A stretch of 64,000 bases of DNA from contig CM121343.1 in assembly GCA_051530055.1 (NCBI GenBank), positions 4,806,389 through 4,870,388 on the forward strand. Direction: 5' to 3'. The position numbers were made by a program, and so were the translations under genes. Positions 62,949 to 64,000 of the stretch are shown piece after piece. A model generated the notes under the pieces. The model had not been told where the DNA came from. It worked only from the letters and a program-made list of their open reading frames with translations, and did no database searches. This stretch comes from Neoechinorhynchus agilis (lineage: Eukaryota; Animalia; Acanthocephala). Numbering within the stretch: position 1 is the stretch's first letter; every line of letters begins with the position of its first letter.

Positions 62949-64000
62949 GAAATGGTGTATTGTTAACAAAAATCAGCACGTCTCTAAAAGTAATGATTTA
63001 GCGGCGTCTTATGCGATTGTATCTCCAACAAAAACTTATCACCTTTTTCAACCGAAAAGGATGTACCTATTTTAAAAACTAAGGGACCAGGTTTACCCTA
63101 AAGTGCCGTTTGTCTGAGATGATATTTTGTAAGGAAAATTTGGTTCTAGATAAAAAATGGCGCGGTTTGTAGCCATGCAGTCAAGTCAGTAGGTAACATG
63201 TAGAGTGCAATGGATGCACAATTTCCGTGCACTTTAGGCATGGCTGCCGTTTCCCGCACCTGCATTGAAACAATGGACTTTGAGCTTGCAAGCTGCAGAG
63301 CTAACGACTGAAATCAGTTCAATTGTCTTATAGATGTCGGCCCGCAATGTAGCGCCGGTAACCCAATCGAGCCTTTTCGTCAGGCTGATGAAGCGCTTTA
63401 GCGAGTAATTGTGGTTGTGTAGCCCCTAATTTACGACGCATCACTTATTCGAGGGATTTTAAACGGCGAGCAGGTCTCTTGCACTAACTCGCTCAAAGCC
63501 ATTTTCGAACTTTGGTTCAAAATTCTGCGTGGTTACGTCCGTAAGTGCTGGTTGTCTGGAGTCGGCACAAGAACCAAAGAGGTTTCGGAATTCCTTCTCA
63601 AACCAAGTTCTGACCAACGTGGATGAAATCAGTGGTGCTTAGACATCGAGGTGGATTCAACTAATTCTAAATCCATGAAGGATTCTGACAGAATAGTTTT
63701 GGGTGCGGCCGCGTTCAACGAATTCAAACTTTTAAGCTGTTAAATTACAGAGCACTGCATAGAATCGAACCGTTCAATGAAAACAAAGGCACAAATTAAA
63801 TTTTAGTTGCCATCCGTACTTTTCACATGCTCTTAAGGTAAATACGAGGCAAAAAGGCATTAAAATGTCTTAAATAATAAGCCCAACTTGGGGAATGTTT
63901 AGGTTACAGCCAAACGTGTTTCTATTATGTTTTCAATCTTCGTCCATATCCTCTTCAATCTTAGGCGCCATAAAATACCGAATGTAGCCAATATCAGCGA
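62803..64000. repeat. Right arm of the inverted duplication, running off the window
   Basis: Reverse complement of 56540-57737. Confidence 0.95.
63933..64000 (-). CDS. PCNA: 3' end of a second PCNA copy (partial, window edge)
   Basis: Encodes ADIGYIRYFMAPKIEEDMDED-stop, identical to 56540-56607. Confidence 0.85.
   Translation of the reverse strand, partial: ADIGYIRYFMAPKIEEDMDED

Overview
Repeat-rich eukaryotic genomic DNA, most likely from a divergent invertebrate animal (short 50-90 nt GT-AG introns, several intronless genes); the taxon cannot be fixed from sequence alone. Host genes I can support: VPS29 (+), MOB2 (-, three introns resolved), a SynGAP/DAB2IP/RASAL2-type RasGAP (-), ANAPC5 (-), PCNA (+) and U2SURP/SR140 (+). 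A second PCNA copy begins at the right edge as part of an inverted duplication of at least 1.2 kb. The rest is decayed mobile DNA (Penelope-like, CR1/L2-like, CRE-like, RTE, Gypsy integrase, Helitron and hAT relics), five tandem arrays (~100, ~117, 274/150, 130 and 245 bp units) and several 200-260 bp foldbacks. The most unusual signal is a tRNA-derived SINE-like family (copies at ~15.8, 22.4, 28.4 and 41.0 kb, amplified as the 245-bp array at 57.7-59.85 kb). It carries all hammerhead ribozyme core motifs and the strands of all three helices, but in a permuted order (GAAA half, then CUGAUGA half, then cleavage site) that looks able to fold only in trans or between neighbouring units. Minimal Penelope-type hammerhead variants are also present. 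All ribozyme calls are by-eye folds and untested.
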